In this document: piece after piece, positions 26,727-34,837 of the stretch
Layout of the letters: each line of letters starts with the position of its first letter
How positions within the stretch are numbered: position 1 is the first letter of the stretch
Translations under genes and position numbers: made by a program
NCBI GenBank assembly: GCA_030040265.1
Contig: JASHUB010000069.1
Span: forward strand, 1-43,901
Length of the DNA stretch: 43,901 bases
Direction of reading: 5' to 3'
DNA from: Candidatus Micrarchaeota archaeon
GTDB lineage: Archaea > Micrarchaeota > Micrarchaeia > Micrarchaeales > CABMGC01
Notes under the pieces: generated by a model
The model's database searches: none
Told to the model about the DNA's origin: nothing
What the model saw: the letters and a program-made list of their open reading frames with translations, nothing else

Positions 26727-28697
26727 ATGGTGGAAGCAACGCCAGAAGGAACGCTTCTGTGGCGGCCTACGCAGGAACGGATAAAGAACTCGAACATCAG
26801 CAGGTACATCGAATGGCTCTCGGCAAAACGCGGCCTGAAGTTCAACGAATACTATGAGCTTTGGCAGTGGTCCGTGGACAATCTCGAAGAGTTCTGGGCG
26901 ACCGTCTGGGAGTTCTTTGGCGTGAAGGCATCTAAGCGCTACGCAAGAGTGCTGCCAAGCATGGAGATGCCTGGCGCTGCCTGGTTCACAGGAGCGGAGC
27001 TCAACTACGCAGAGAACGTCTTCAAGGCCGGGAGGAAGGGCAAGGCAATCATATTCAGATCAGAATCGGGGCAGGACCGCGAGATAAGCTGGGATGAGAT
27101 GAGGTCCGGCACCGCGTACATCGCTGCCGCGCTCAGGAAGATGGGCGTGAAGAAGGGGGACAGAGTGGCTGCATTCATCGCGAACGTCCCGGAGACTGTG
27201 ATGGCATTCCTCGCGTGCGCGAGCATGGGCGCGATATGGTCCAGCTGCTCCCCGGACTTCGGCCTGCAGAGCACGGTCGACAGGTTGAGCCAGATAACCC
27301 CGAAGGTCCTGTTCGCAACAGACGGCTACAAGTACAACGGCAAGGACATCGACAAGATGCCGGAGATAGCCGAGGTGCAGAAGGCTATACCGAGCATTGA
27401 GAAGGTGGTCATCGTGCCTTATCTGCGCCAGAAGCCCGACCTGAAGACGGTGAAGGGAGCGGTTCTTCTTGATGACTTCCTGGTGAAGGAGGAGAAGCTG
27501 CCTTTCGAGCAGGTCGAGGCCAACCATCCCTTGTGGATACTCTACTCTTCGGGCACCACCGGGCTTCCGAAGCCGATCGTGCAGAGCCAGGGAGGCATAC
27601 TGCTCGAGCATCTGAAGGTGCTATCGCTCCATGTCGACATAAAGGACGACGACCGTTTCTTCTGGTTCACCAGCACTGGCTGGATGATGTGGAATTTCCT
27701 CGTCTCGGGGCTGCTGCTCGGCGCGACGATCCTTCTCTACGACGGGTCGCCGGGATACCCTAACATGGACTCGCTCTGGAAGTTCGCAGCGGACTCGAAG
27801 GCAACGTACTTCGGGGCCAGCGCCGCTTACATAGGCTCGTGCATGAAGGAGAACATCGAGCCGGGAAAGACGCACGACCTTGCAAGGATACGCGGCGTGG
27901 GCTCGACCGGATCGCCGCTTTCGACCGACGGCTTCGCCTGGGTCTACAACCACGTTAAGAAGGACCTAGTCCTCGGCTCGGTGAGCGGAGGCACCGACAT
28001 ATGTTCGCTGTTCGTTGGAAGCTGTCCGATGCTGCCGGTGCACGCCGGAGAGATACAGTGCAAGTGCCTCGGAGTCAGCATAAACTCTTTGGACGAGAAC
28101 GGGAGGGTCCTGCTCGGTCAGATGGGAGAGATGATCATAGACAAGCCAATGCCGTCTATGCCGATATACTTCTGGAACGACGAGGGCAACAAGAGGTACA
28201 AGGAGAGCTACTTTGAGATGTTTCCGGGCAAGTGGAGGCACGGCGACTGGCTCAAGATCACGCAGAACGGAGGCTGCGTCATATACGGGCGTTCCGATTC
28301 GACCATAAAGAGGCACGGCGTCAGGCTCGGGACCAGCGAGATATACAGGTGCGTCGAGGCCGTGCCGGAGGTGCTTGACAGCCTCATCGTCGACTTCGAG
28401 GGCAACGATGGGAAGTCGTACATGCCGCTGTTCGTGGTGCTGAAGGAGAACTTCAAGCTTGACGACGACCTGCGCACGCGCATAAAGGACAGGATAAAGT
28501 GGAACGTCTCACCCAAGCTGGTGCCTGACGAGATATTTGAGATAAAGAGCGTCCCCAAGACGCTCAACGGAAAGAAGCTCGAGGTGCCGGTGAAGAAGAT
28601 ACTCATGGGCGTGCCGTACGAGAAGGCGGTCAACAAAGGCTCCGTGAGCAACCTGGAAGCGCTTCATTATTTCACACGCTTCAAGAGCAAGTTATAA
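26727..28697 (+). CDS. Acetoacetyl-CoA synthetase (acetoacetate-CoA ligase; ANL adenylate-forming superfamily)
   Basis: The N-terminal LWRPTQERIKNSNISRYIEWL and its length (656 aa) are typical of acetoacetyl-CoA synthetases. AMP motif YSSGTTGLPK. GRSDSTIKRHG. Confidence 0.8.
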   Translation: MVEATPEGTLLWRPTQERIKNSNISRYIEWLSAKRGLKFNEYYELWQWSVDNLEEFWATVWEFFGVKASKRYARVLPSMEMPGAAWFTGAELNYAENVFKAGRKGKAIIFRSESGQDREISWDEMRSGTAYIAAALRKMGVKKGDRVAAFIANVPETVMAFLACASMGAIWSSCSPDFGLQSTVDRLSQITPKVLFATDGYKYNGKDIDKMPEIAEVQKAIPSIEKVVIVPYLRQKPDLKTVKGAVLLDDFLVKEEKLPFEQVEANHPLWILYSSGTTGLPKPIVQSQGGILLEHLKVLSLHVDIKDDDRFFWFTSTGWMMWNFLVSGLLLGATILLYDGSPGYPNMDSLWKFAADSKATYFGASAAYIGSCMKENIEPGKTHDLARIRGVGSTGSPLSTDGFAWVYNHVKKDLVLGSVSGGTDICSLFVGSCPMLPVHAGEIQCKCLGVSINSLDENGRVLLGQMGEMIIDKPMPSMPIYFWNDEGNKRYKESYFEMFPGKWRHGDWLKITQNGGCVIYGRSDSTIKRHGVRLGTSEIYRCVEAVPEVLDSLIVDFEGNDGKSYMPLFVVLKENFKLDDDLRTRIKDRIKWNVSPKLVPDEIFEIKSVPKTLNGKKLEVPVKKILMGVPYEKAVNKGSVSNLEALHYFTRFKSKL

Positions 28698-28728
28698 TAC
28701 TTTTCCGTCAATATAAGATGGGTTTCTG

Positions 28729-29778
28729 ATGAGTGGTATACTAGGCTACGGAGTTTACATTCCAGCTTATAGGATAAAGACCGAGGAGATAGCCCGTGTC
28801 TGGCAGGACGACGCTTCAAGCATAGAAGGAAGCCTACACATGAAGGAGAAGTCGGTGCCGGGTAACGACGAGGACACCGCGACGATCTCGGTAGAGGCTG
28901 CAAGGCGCGCGGTCTACCACAGCGGCATAGACCCGAAGGAGATAGGCGCGGTATACGTCGGTTCTGAGTCACATCCTTACGCGGTCAAGCCCACTGCAAC
29001 AATCGTGGCAGAGGCCATAGAGGCAGGCAACGACCTCACTGCGGCGGACCTCGAGTTCGCCTGCAAGGCAGGCACGGCCGCGATCCAGATGGCCATGGGG
29101 CTCGTTGACTCCGGCATGATAAAGTACGGAGTAGCCGTTGGCAGCGACACCTCGCAGGGCAGGCCAGGCGACGCGCTCGAATACACGGCCAGCGCGGGAG
29201 GCGGCGCGTTCGTCATCGGAAAGAGGAAGGAGGAGGTCATTGCAGAGATACTCAAGACAGTGAGCTACACTTCTGACACGCCGGACTTCTGGAGGCGCGA
29301 AGGTGCCAGTTTTCCATCGCACGGCGGGAGGTTCACCGGCGATCCATCATACTTCAGGCACATCGCGAACGCCACCACAATGCTTCTCGATGCGACAGGG
29401 ACGACGCCGAAGGATTTCGCTTATGCGGTATTCCACCAGCCGAACGGGAAGTTCCCGCTCGCCGTAGCAAAACAGCTCGGGTTCACCGAAGAGCAGGTGC
29501 GCCCCGGCCTCATCACTCCGCTCATAGGCAATACTTACTCGGGATGCTCGCTCATAGGACTGGCAGCGGTGCTCGACATCGCAAGACCCGGTGACAAGAT
29601 ACTGGTCACGAGCTTCGGTTCCGGTGCAGGCAGCGACTCGTTCGCAATAGAGGTGACGCCGAACATCGAGAGCAAGCGCCAGAGGCTCGTTCGCGTTTCG
29701 GATGCGATAAACAGGAACAAGGTGTACGTTGACTATGCGATGTACCTGAAGCACAGGAACTCGATAAGGAAGTGGTAA
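28729..29778 (+). CDS. Hydroxymethylglutaryl-CoA synthase (archaeal type)
   Basis: [30 protein letters not shown] (catalytic Cys), [14 protein letters not shown]. 349 aa. Confidence 0.88.
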   Translation: MSGILGYGVYIPAYRIKTEEIARVWQDDASSIEGSLHMKEKSVPGNDEDTATISVEAARRAVYHSGIDPKEIGAVYVGSESHPYAVKPTATIVAEAIEAGNDLTAADLEFACKAGTAAIQMAMGLVDSGMIKYGVAVGSDTSQGRPGDALEYTASAGGGAFVIGKRKEEVIAEILKTVSYTSDTPDFWRREGASFPSHGGRFTGDPSYFRHIANATTMLLDATGTTPKDFAYAVFHQPNGKFPLAVAKQLGFTEEQVRPGLITPLIGNTYSGCSLIGLAAVLDIARPGDKILVTSFGSGAGSDSFAIEVTPNIESKRQRLVRVSDAINRNKVYVDYAMYLKHRNSIRKW

Positions 29779-29780
29779 TC

Positions 29781-30944
29781 ATGCGCGAGGTTGCAGTCAT
29801 AGGGGTTGGCCTGACAAAGTTCGGGGACAGATGGGAGGCAGGGATAAAGGACCTGGCAGCCGAGGCAGGGCTGGCTGCGCTCGAGGACGCCAAGATAATA
29901 AGCAGCGAGATAGAGGCACTCTACGGCGGCATAATGTCATCGGGCCGATTTACGGACCAGGAACACTTCGCAGCGCTGCTTGCGGACCAGATAGGCCTGA
30001 AGCATATCTCCGCGGTCAGGGTCGAGAACGCCTGCGCCAGCGGTGGCAGCGCTTTCAGGCTGGGATACATGGCCGTGGCGAGCGGCATGCACGACATAGT
30101 TGTCGTGGGCGGCGTGGAGAAGATGACCGACGTGACGGTAAACGAGGCGACCACGGCGCTTGGCGGCGCCGGTGACCAGGAGTGGGAGCTTTCGCAGGGG
30201 ATAACGTTCCCTGGGCTCTATGCGCTGATGGCAAGACGCCACATGCACGATTACGGGACGACGCAAGAGCAGCTGGCCAGCGTTGCGGTGAAGAACCACG
30301 GGAACGCGCTAGCCAACAAGTACGCGCAGTTCCACAGAAAGATAACCATCGACGACGTGATGAAGTCGAAGATGATCGCGGATCCGCTCAAGCTGCTTGA
30401 CTGCTCGTCCATATGCGACGGCGCTGCTGCAGTGGTCCTGGCTCCTATGGAGATTGCGAAGAAGTACACTGACACGCCGATCAAGGTCGCCGGGAGCGCA
30501 CAGGTCGGCGACACGCTCAGGCTGGCGTCGAGGGATTCGCTTACGGGGATCGCTGCGACCAGGATAGCGGCGGACAAGGCGCTAGCGCAGGCAGGCGTGG
30601 AGAGGAAGGACATAGACCTTGCGGAAGTGCACGATTGCTTCACCATCGCAGAAGTGATGGGCGTCGAAGACCTTGGCTTCTATAACAAGGGAGAAGCGGC
30701 CAAGGCGATAGCGGAGGGCGAGACTATGATAGACGGCAAGCTGCCGGTAAACACGAGCGGAGGCCTGAAGGGATGCGGCCATCCGGTAGGCGCGACCGGC
30801 GTAAAGCAGGTCGTGGAAGTGGTTGAGCAGCTTAGGGGCGACGCAGGAGCGAGGCAAGTGAACGGCGCAGAGATCGGACTTACGCACAACGTTGGTGGAA
30901 GCGGCGCTACGGTTGTGGTGCACGTGTTCAGGAGGGCTGATTGA
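29781..30944 (+). CDS. Acetyl-CoA acetyltransferase (archaeal thiolase)
   Basis: VENACASGGSA (catalytic Cys), VNTSGGLKGCGHPVGATG, NVGGSG. ATG at 29781, just after the HMGCS stop. Confidence 0.88.
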   Translation: MREVAVIGVGLTKFGDRWEAGIKDLAAEAGLAALEDAKIISSEIEALYGGIMSSGRFTDQEHFAALLADQIGLKHISAVRVENACASGGSAFRLGYMAVASGMHDIVVVGGVEKMTDVTVNEATTALGGAGDQEWELSQGITFPGLYALMARRHMHDYGTTQEQLASVAVKNHGNALANKYAQFHRKITIDDVMKSKMIADPLKLLDCSSICDGAAAVVLAPMEIAKKYTDTPIKVAGSAQVGDTLRLASRDSLTGIAATRIAADKALAQAGVERKDIDLAEVHDCFTIAEVMGVEDLGFYNKGEAAKAIAEGETMIDGKLPVNTSGGLKGCGHPVGATGVKQVVEVVEQLRGDAGARQVNGAEIGLTHNVGGSGATVVVHVFRRAD

Positions 30945-31337
30945 ATGGAGAGAGGAGTAGCGAAGACATGGAGAAGCGCGAACGCCAGATACAACCTTAC
31001 CGGAGTCCAATGCACGAACTGCAAAACCGCTTACTTCCCTCCGCGGATGGTGTGCGCCAAGTGCGGCAGGGACACCAAGATGGTCGAGAAGAAGTTCAGC
31101 GGGAGGGGGGTGATCTACTCATACACGCGGATATTCGTCCCGCCCCACGACTTCACGGAGGAGGCGCCGTACACCGTGGCGATAATAAGGCTGGAGGAGG
31201 GCCCGCTCGTTGAGGGGCACCTTGTGGACGGGAAGAAGCCAGAGATAGGGGCGAGCGTGAGGGCGGTTTTCAGGAGGATGTACACCGAGGGAAGCGAAGG
31301 GCTCATACACTACCACTTCAAGTTCGAGATCGTCTGA
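30945..31337 (+). CDS. DUF35 OB-fold/zinc-ribbon protein (scaffold of the archaeal thiolase/HMG-CoA synthase complex)
   Basis: 130 aa with a CxxC...CxxC rubredoxin-like knuckle (CTNCKTAYFPPRMVCAKCG) followed by an OB fold. Immediately downstream of the thiolase. Confidence 0.8.
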   Translation: MERGVAKTWRSANARYNLTGVQCTNCKTAYFPPRMVCAKCGRDTKMVEKKFSGRGVIYSYTRIFVPPHDFTEEAPYTVAIIRLEEGPLVEGHLVDGKKPEIGASVRAVFRRMYTEGSEGLIHYHFKFEIV

Positions 31338-31344
31338 ACATCCG

Positions 31345-31353
31345 CATATAAAT
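31345..31353 (+). promoter_or_regulatory. TATA-like box upstream of the pilin-like gene
   Basis: catataaat lies 22-30 nt upstream of the ATG at 31375. Confidence 0.4.
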
Positions 31354-31374
31354 CTTGTCGTTGCTTGTTTATGC

Positions 31375-32412
31375 ATGAGGGCCCAGGCTGCGGTAGAGTT
31401 CCTTACTACTTACGGTTTTCTCCTGTTGATGCTCGCAGCCGTGCTCGTTCTGCTCGCATTCTATACATTCTTTCCGCAGGCGGCCATACCGCAGCAGTGC
31501 ACCGCCTACGGAGGCCCAAGCTGCAGCTTCATAAACCTCTTCAGCAACACGACTGGCCGCTACTCGCTAGTCACGCTGGTGCTTGCGAATGCGCAGGCGA
31601 TACCGATAAACATCAGCAGCGTGACCGTATCGATAAGGAGCCTGAATTTCAAGGGAGCATGCACTCCGAACTTCGTGCTTCCGGGCCAGGAAGCGACTTG
31701 CGTAGCTTACCTGAACGAGTCTTTGCCCCTTGGCACAGTGGTGCAGGGCTTCTACTCCTTGCCAGCGACGTTCTGCAACTCCGGGATAGGCAGCCTGAAC
31801 GGCACATGCGCATATGAGAACGCCACTTACACAGGGGCATTCAGCACAAGCCCCGAGACCGATAGCGTCGTGGTGTTCAGCGTTGCGGCTGCGCAGAGTT
31901 CTCCGACGGTTAACTCGATAGCGCTGCCTGCAGCGCCATACCTGCCAGCAGGGTTCAGTACGGCGCAGAATGGGGACTGGGTCGTGGGCCAGCATAATGG
32001 CATAGTTGGCTACGCGTTCGCGACCAGCACCTACCAAGGAACACAGTTCAACGGATTCGACGCGGCGCAGTTCCCATCCATAGTCTCGTCCCTCAATAAC
32101 GGGAACGTGGCCTGCTCCGGCAGCAGGAACTCGACTATGTCGCTCGCTTATACGACGTTTTATCTTCCTGGAGGAGCGTCCCTGCCGACTTCGATCTCCA
32201 CGGCAGGCTACATGGAAGTGTATTACAAGTCGTCAACCGCTACGGTCTGGGCGCCATTGTACAACGGCGCAGCGTGGCGGCAGAGCACCCCTGCGCAGTT
32301 CACCAACACGATAATCGCGAACCCGGGATACGAAAACGTCGCGGTGGTTTGGGTAAACACCTGCAGGCAGGACGTCCAGGCGCTGAACATGTCCGGAGTG
32401 CCACGCTCATGA
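31375..32412 (+). CDS. Secreted protein with an archaeal class III (type IV pilin-like) signal peptide
   Basis: The N-terminus MRA|QAAVEFLTTYGFLLLMLAAVLVLLAF has a short basic leader, a putative prepilin-peptidase site before Q, Glu at mature position +5, then a hydrophobic helix. The S/T/N-rich body carries at least 7 N-x-S/T sequons. catataaat (31345-31353) lies upstream. Confidence 0.6.
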   Translation: MRAQAAVEFLTTYGFLLLMLAAVLVLLAFYTFFPQAAIPQQCTAYGGPSCSFINLFSNTTGRYSLVTLVLANAQAIPINISSVTVSIRSLNFKGACTPNFVLPGQEATCVAYLNESLPLGTVVQGFYSLPATFCNSGIGSLNGTCAYENATYTGAFSTSPETDSVVVFSVAAAQSSPTVNSIALPAAPYLPAGFSTAQNGDWVVGQHNGIVGYAFATSTYQGTQFNGFDAAQFPSIVSSLNNGNVACSGSRNSTMSLAYTTFYLPGGASLPTSISTAGYMEVYYKSSTATVWAPLYNGAAWRQSTPAQFTNTIIANPGYENVAVVWVNTCRQDVQALNMSGVPRS

Positions 32413-33447
32413 GACTGCGAGCAGCTTGGATATCGCGGCTATGTTCTTGAAGTTCTTCAGCTGCATGCCGGCATCGTCCTCTGAGTTGAATATCTCTATC
32501 TTGACCTTGTTCCGGTCCGCCATGTCAAGCAGGTCCTTTATCTCAGAATCGTTCAGCGATGAGTCGTTTACTAACACCATCCCCGCCTTGTACTCCTCGA
32601 GGGCTGCCTTTACTTGCGCGGTGCCGTAGAACGAACCGCTGCCGCGCAAGCCCTGCAGGAACAGGTTCAGGTACTCGAACTCCTTCTTCACGTGCTCCTT
32701 CTCGAATATGTCGGATATCATCTCACTCTGCATCACTTCGCGGACTCCTGAACGCTCTGCATCGCTTGCCGAGGTGTAGAACACACGCTTTCCGACGTCG
32801 ATTCCCTTGGACTGGATGTACTTCTTCAGGTCGTCCTTGGTGAATCCGGGCCCGGCGAACACCACGATGTCGACCTTCATGTTGCCGGCGGACTTGATTA
32901 TGTCGTTGAAGTACTGCTCCCTCTGCTTCTCGAAGTCCTTCTCCTTCATGCGCTTGGAGAGCTTGCTGTAGAGTTCGGTGATTATCTCGATCCCGTAGCC
33001 CTTGACATACGCGAGGGTGGCCATTTCGTCGTCCATCACCACGATACCGAGCTTCGGTTTCTTCGACTCGAGCATCGCCTGCTTCACCCGCTTCAGTATG
33101 TAGTCCTTCCACTCTGGCTTCTGCATGTCGAGCGTGTCTCCAGCTGCGATGTTGATCGTGTGGTAGCTGCCGACGCGTATGTATTCCATCGGCCGTCCGC
33201 TGATTATCTTCCCCGTGAAGCGCAGCATGTCTGCGTTCTTGTCTATCTCCACCTTCTCCACGCTGAGCTTTATGACAACGTCCTTCTGCTCGCCCTTCTC
33301 GCCCTCGCTCGGCCTGAACCTGCGCGTTGTGTGGGCCTCGATGACGTCGTCCTGTGCGGTTATCCTTGCGATCAGGTACAGGTCGTCGAACGATTCGGGC
33401 TCGAGCTTTAGGGAATTAGTGACGGAGTTGAACCTTATGACTCGCAT
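32407..33447 (-). CDS. pelA: Pelota (Dom34) mRNA-surveillance/ribosome-rescue factor
   Basis: 346 aa. MRVIRFNS..LKLEPESFDDLYLIARI matches the Pelota N-terminal domain. eRF1-like central and C-terminal domains are present, but there is no GGQ or NIKS motif. Confidence 0.85.
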   Translation of the reverse strand: MRVIRFNSVTNSLKLEPESFDDLYLIARITAQDDVIEAHTTRRFRPSEGEKGEQKDVVIKLSVEKVEIDKNADMLRFTGKIISGRPMEYIRVGSYHTINIAAGDTLDMQKPEWKDYILKRVKQAMLESKKPKLGIVVMDDEMATLAYVKGYGIEIITELYSKLSKRMKEKDFEKQREQYFNDIIKSAGNMKVDIVVFAGPGFTKDDLKKYIQSKGIDVGKRVFYTSASDAERSGVREVMQSEMISDIFEKEHVKKEFEYLNLFLQGLRGSGSFYGTAQVKAALEEYKAGMVLVNDSSLNDSEIKDLLDMADRNKVKIEIFNSEDDAGMQLKNFKNIAAISKLLAVS

Positions 33448-33505
33448 TGCTATCGAGTATTAATCTTTAGGCAATGCATAAAAATCCGTGTGGGGAATCT
33501 GTATT

Positions 33506-34129
33506 ATGCTTTTTGTGATCCTGCAAGCGGCGGCGAGCATCCTGACCGCGTTCAACGGCAGCGTCGCTGGGATAAGTTCATTCATGCTGACCTATGGCTA
33601 CGTGGCCATATTCCTGCTGCTCGTGCTGGAGGCTGCCTCGATACCGATCCCAAGCGAGATCACGCTGCCGGCGATGGGCTACCTTGCGGCGGTGGGCGAC
33701 CTGAACCTGGGCCTCGCGCTGCTTGTCGCGTTCGCGGGGAGCGTCGTGGGCATGGCCATCGATTATTACGTAGCATACTTCTTCGAGAAAGACGTCGTTT
33801 ACAAGCACGTGAACCTGTTCCACGTCACGAAGGAACAGCTGGACCGCTTCGACGCGTGGTTCTCCAGGAACGGCCCATTCGCCGTCTTCGTCACCAGACT
33901 TCTGCCGGTGCTGCGCGGTCTGATAAATTTCCCCGCAGGGTTCGCCAAGATGCCCGTTTCCAGGTTCTACCTGTTCTCGTTGCCCGGAGTCATAATCTGG
34001 GAAGTGGTGCTTACCCTCTTCGGTTACTACGCGCTGACAGCGAACATATACGTGGCGTCTGTTGCGGCTGCTGTCTTCGTGGCGGTCGTCTATGTCCTGT
34101 ACAGGATTGCAAGGAAGAGGATGTCCTGA
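33506..34129 (+). CDS. DedA-family (SNARE-associated/VTT) membrane protein
   Basis: YGYVAIFLLLVLEAASIPIPSEITLPAMGYL and FVTRLLPVLRGLINFPAG are DedA signatures. ATG at 33506 preferred (TATA-like cataaaaat about 25 nt upstream); GTG at 33488 is possible. Confidence 0.82.
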   Translation: MLFVILQAAASILTAFNGSVAGISSFMLTYGYVAIFLLLVLEAASIPIPSEITLPAMGYLAAVGDLNLGLALLVAFAGSVVGMAIDYYVAYFFEKDVVYKHVNLFHVTKEQLDRFDAWFSRNGPFAVFVTRLLPVLRGLINFPAGFAKMPVSRFYLFSLPGVIIWEVVLTLFGYYALTANIYVASVAAAVFVAVVYVLYRIARKRMS

Positions 34130-34450
34130 TTACTTCTTCTTCGGCTCGGGAGTCGATGTCTGGACCTCGAGGATGTGGTTCTTGACCACTTTTATGACCT
34201 GGTCTATGGCCTTCCTTATGTCCGTCTCGGTCTTCGCACCGGTGCAGATTATCTTTCCGTTCTTGAAGAGCAGAAGCGCCGTCTTCGGCTCCTTTATCTT
34301 GCATATTGCGCCTGGGAACTGCTCGGGCTCGTAGTCCACGTCCGAAGAGTCCTTGGCTATGCCGTATAGGTCCAGGTCCACGCCAAGGTCGGCGCTGGCG
34401 ACTATGTTTTCTATCTTAAAATCAGGGTGAAGCGTGATCTTCTTTGCCAT
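34130..34450 (-). CDS. tbp: TATA-box-binding protein consisting of a single TBP repeat (106 aa)
   Basis: FKIENIVASADLGVDLDL...DYEPEQFPGAICKIKEPKTALLLFKNGKIICTGAKTETDIRKAIDQVIKVV aligns by eye to either repeat of canonical archaeal TBPs. The ORF is bounded by an AT-rich promoter region upstream and by the dedA stop downstream, so no second repeat can be encoded here. Confidence 0.8.
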   Translation of the reverse strand: MAKKITLHPDFKIENIVASADLGVDLDLYGIAKDSSDVDYEPEQFPGAICKIKEPKTALLLFKNGKIICTGAKTETDIRKAIDQVIKVVKNHILEVQTSTPEPKKK

Positions 34451-34460
34451 TCAAAAACCC

Positions 34461-34493
34461 TATTTAAATACTCTCGAAAGGTATTTATATATT
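34461..34493. promoter_or_regulatory. Divergent promoter region between tbp (minus) and rpl21e (plus) with two TATA-like boxes
   Basis: tatttaaata (34461-34470) and gtatttatatatt (34481-34493) lie in an 85-nt AT-rich spacer within otherwise GC-rich sequence. Assignment of each box to a strand is uncertain. Confidence 0.45.
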
Positions 34494-34535
34494 GTCAAGC
34501 ATAGAAAATGCACTTATGCTTCATCAGTGAAAGGC

Positions 34536-34823
34536 ATGACACAGCGTTCGCATGGACTGTTTATAGGAAGGACGAGGAACCTCTCGAGGCACCACAAGCC
34601 GTCGACACTAGGCCTCACGAAGCTCATCAAGGACTTCAAGGTGGGTGACAGGGTGGTCGTTGTCCCTAGGTCCAACCTGAAGAACATACCGCACCCGAGG
34701 TACAGGGGTCGCGTGGCTGTCGTCATCGAGAAGAGGGGCAACTCGTACGTCGTCGAGCTCAACACCTCGAAGTACACCAAGAGGACGCTGATTGTGCCAC
34801 AGATGCACCTGGAGCGCGCTTAG
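34536..34823 (+). CDS. rpl21e: Ribosomal protein L21e
   Basis: MTQRSHGLFIGRTRN...FKVGDRVVVVP...HPRYRGRVAVVIEKRGNSYVVEL...LIVPQMHLERA. I prefer the ATG at 34536 over the ORF-track GTG at 34434, which lies inside the promoter region. Confidence 0.9.
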   Translation: MTQRSHGLFIGRTRNLSRHHKPSTLGLTKLIKDFKVGDRVVVVPRSNLKNIPHPRYRGRVAVVIEKRGNSYVVELNTSKYTKRTLIVPQMHLERA

Positions 34824-34837
34824 TGCCGGCGGAACCC

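Noticed and set aside
32407-33447. Possible peptide chain release factor aRF1.
   Set aside because: There is no GGQ or NIKS motif. The length (346 aa) and N-terminal domain sequence match Pelota/Dom34 instead.
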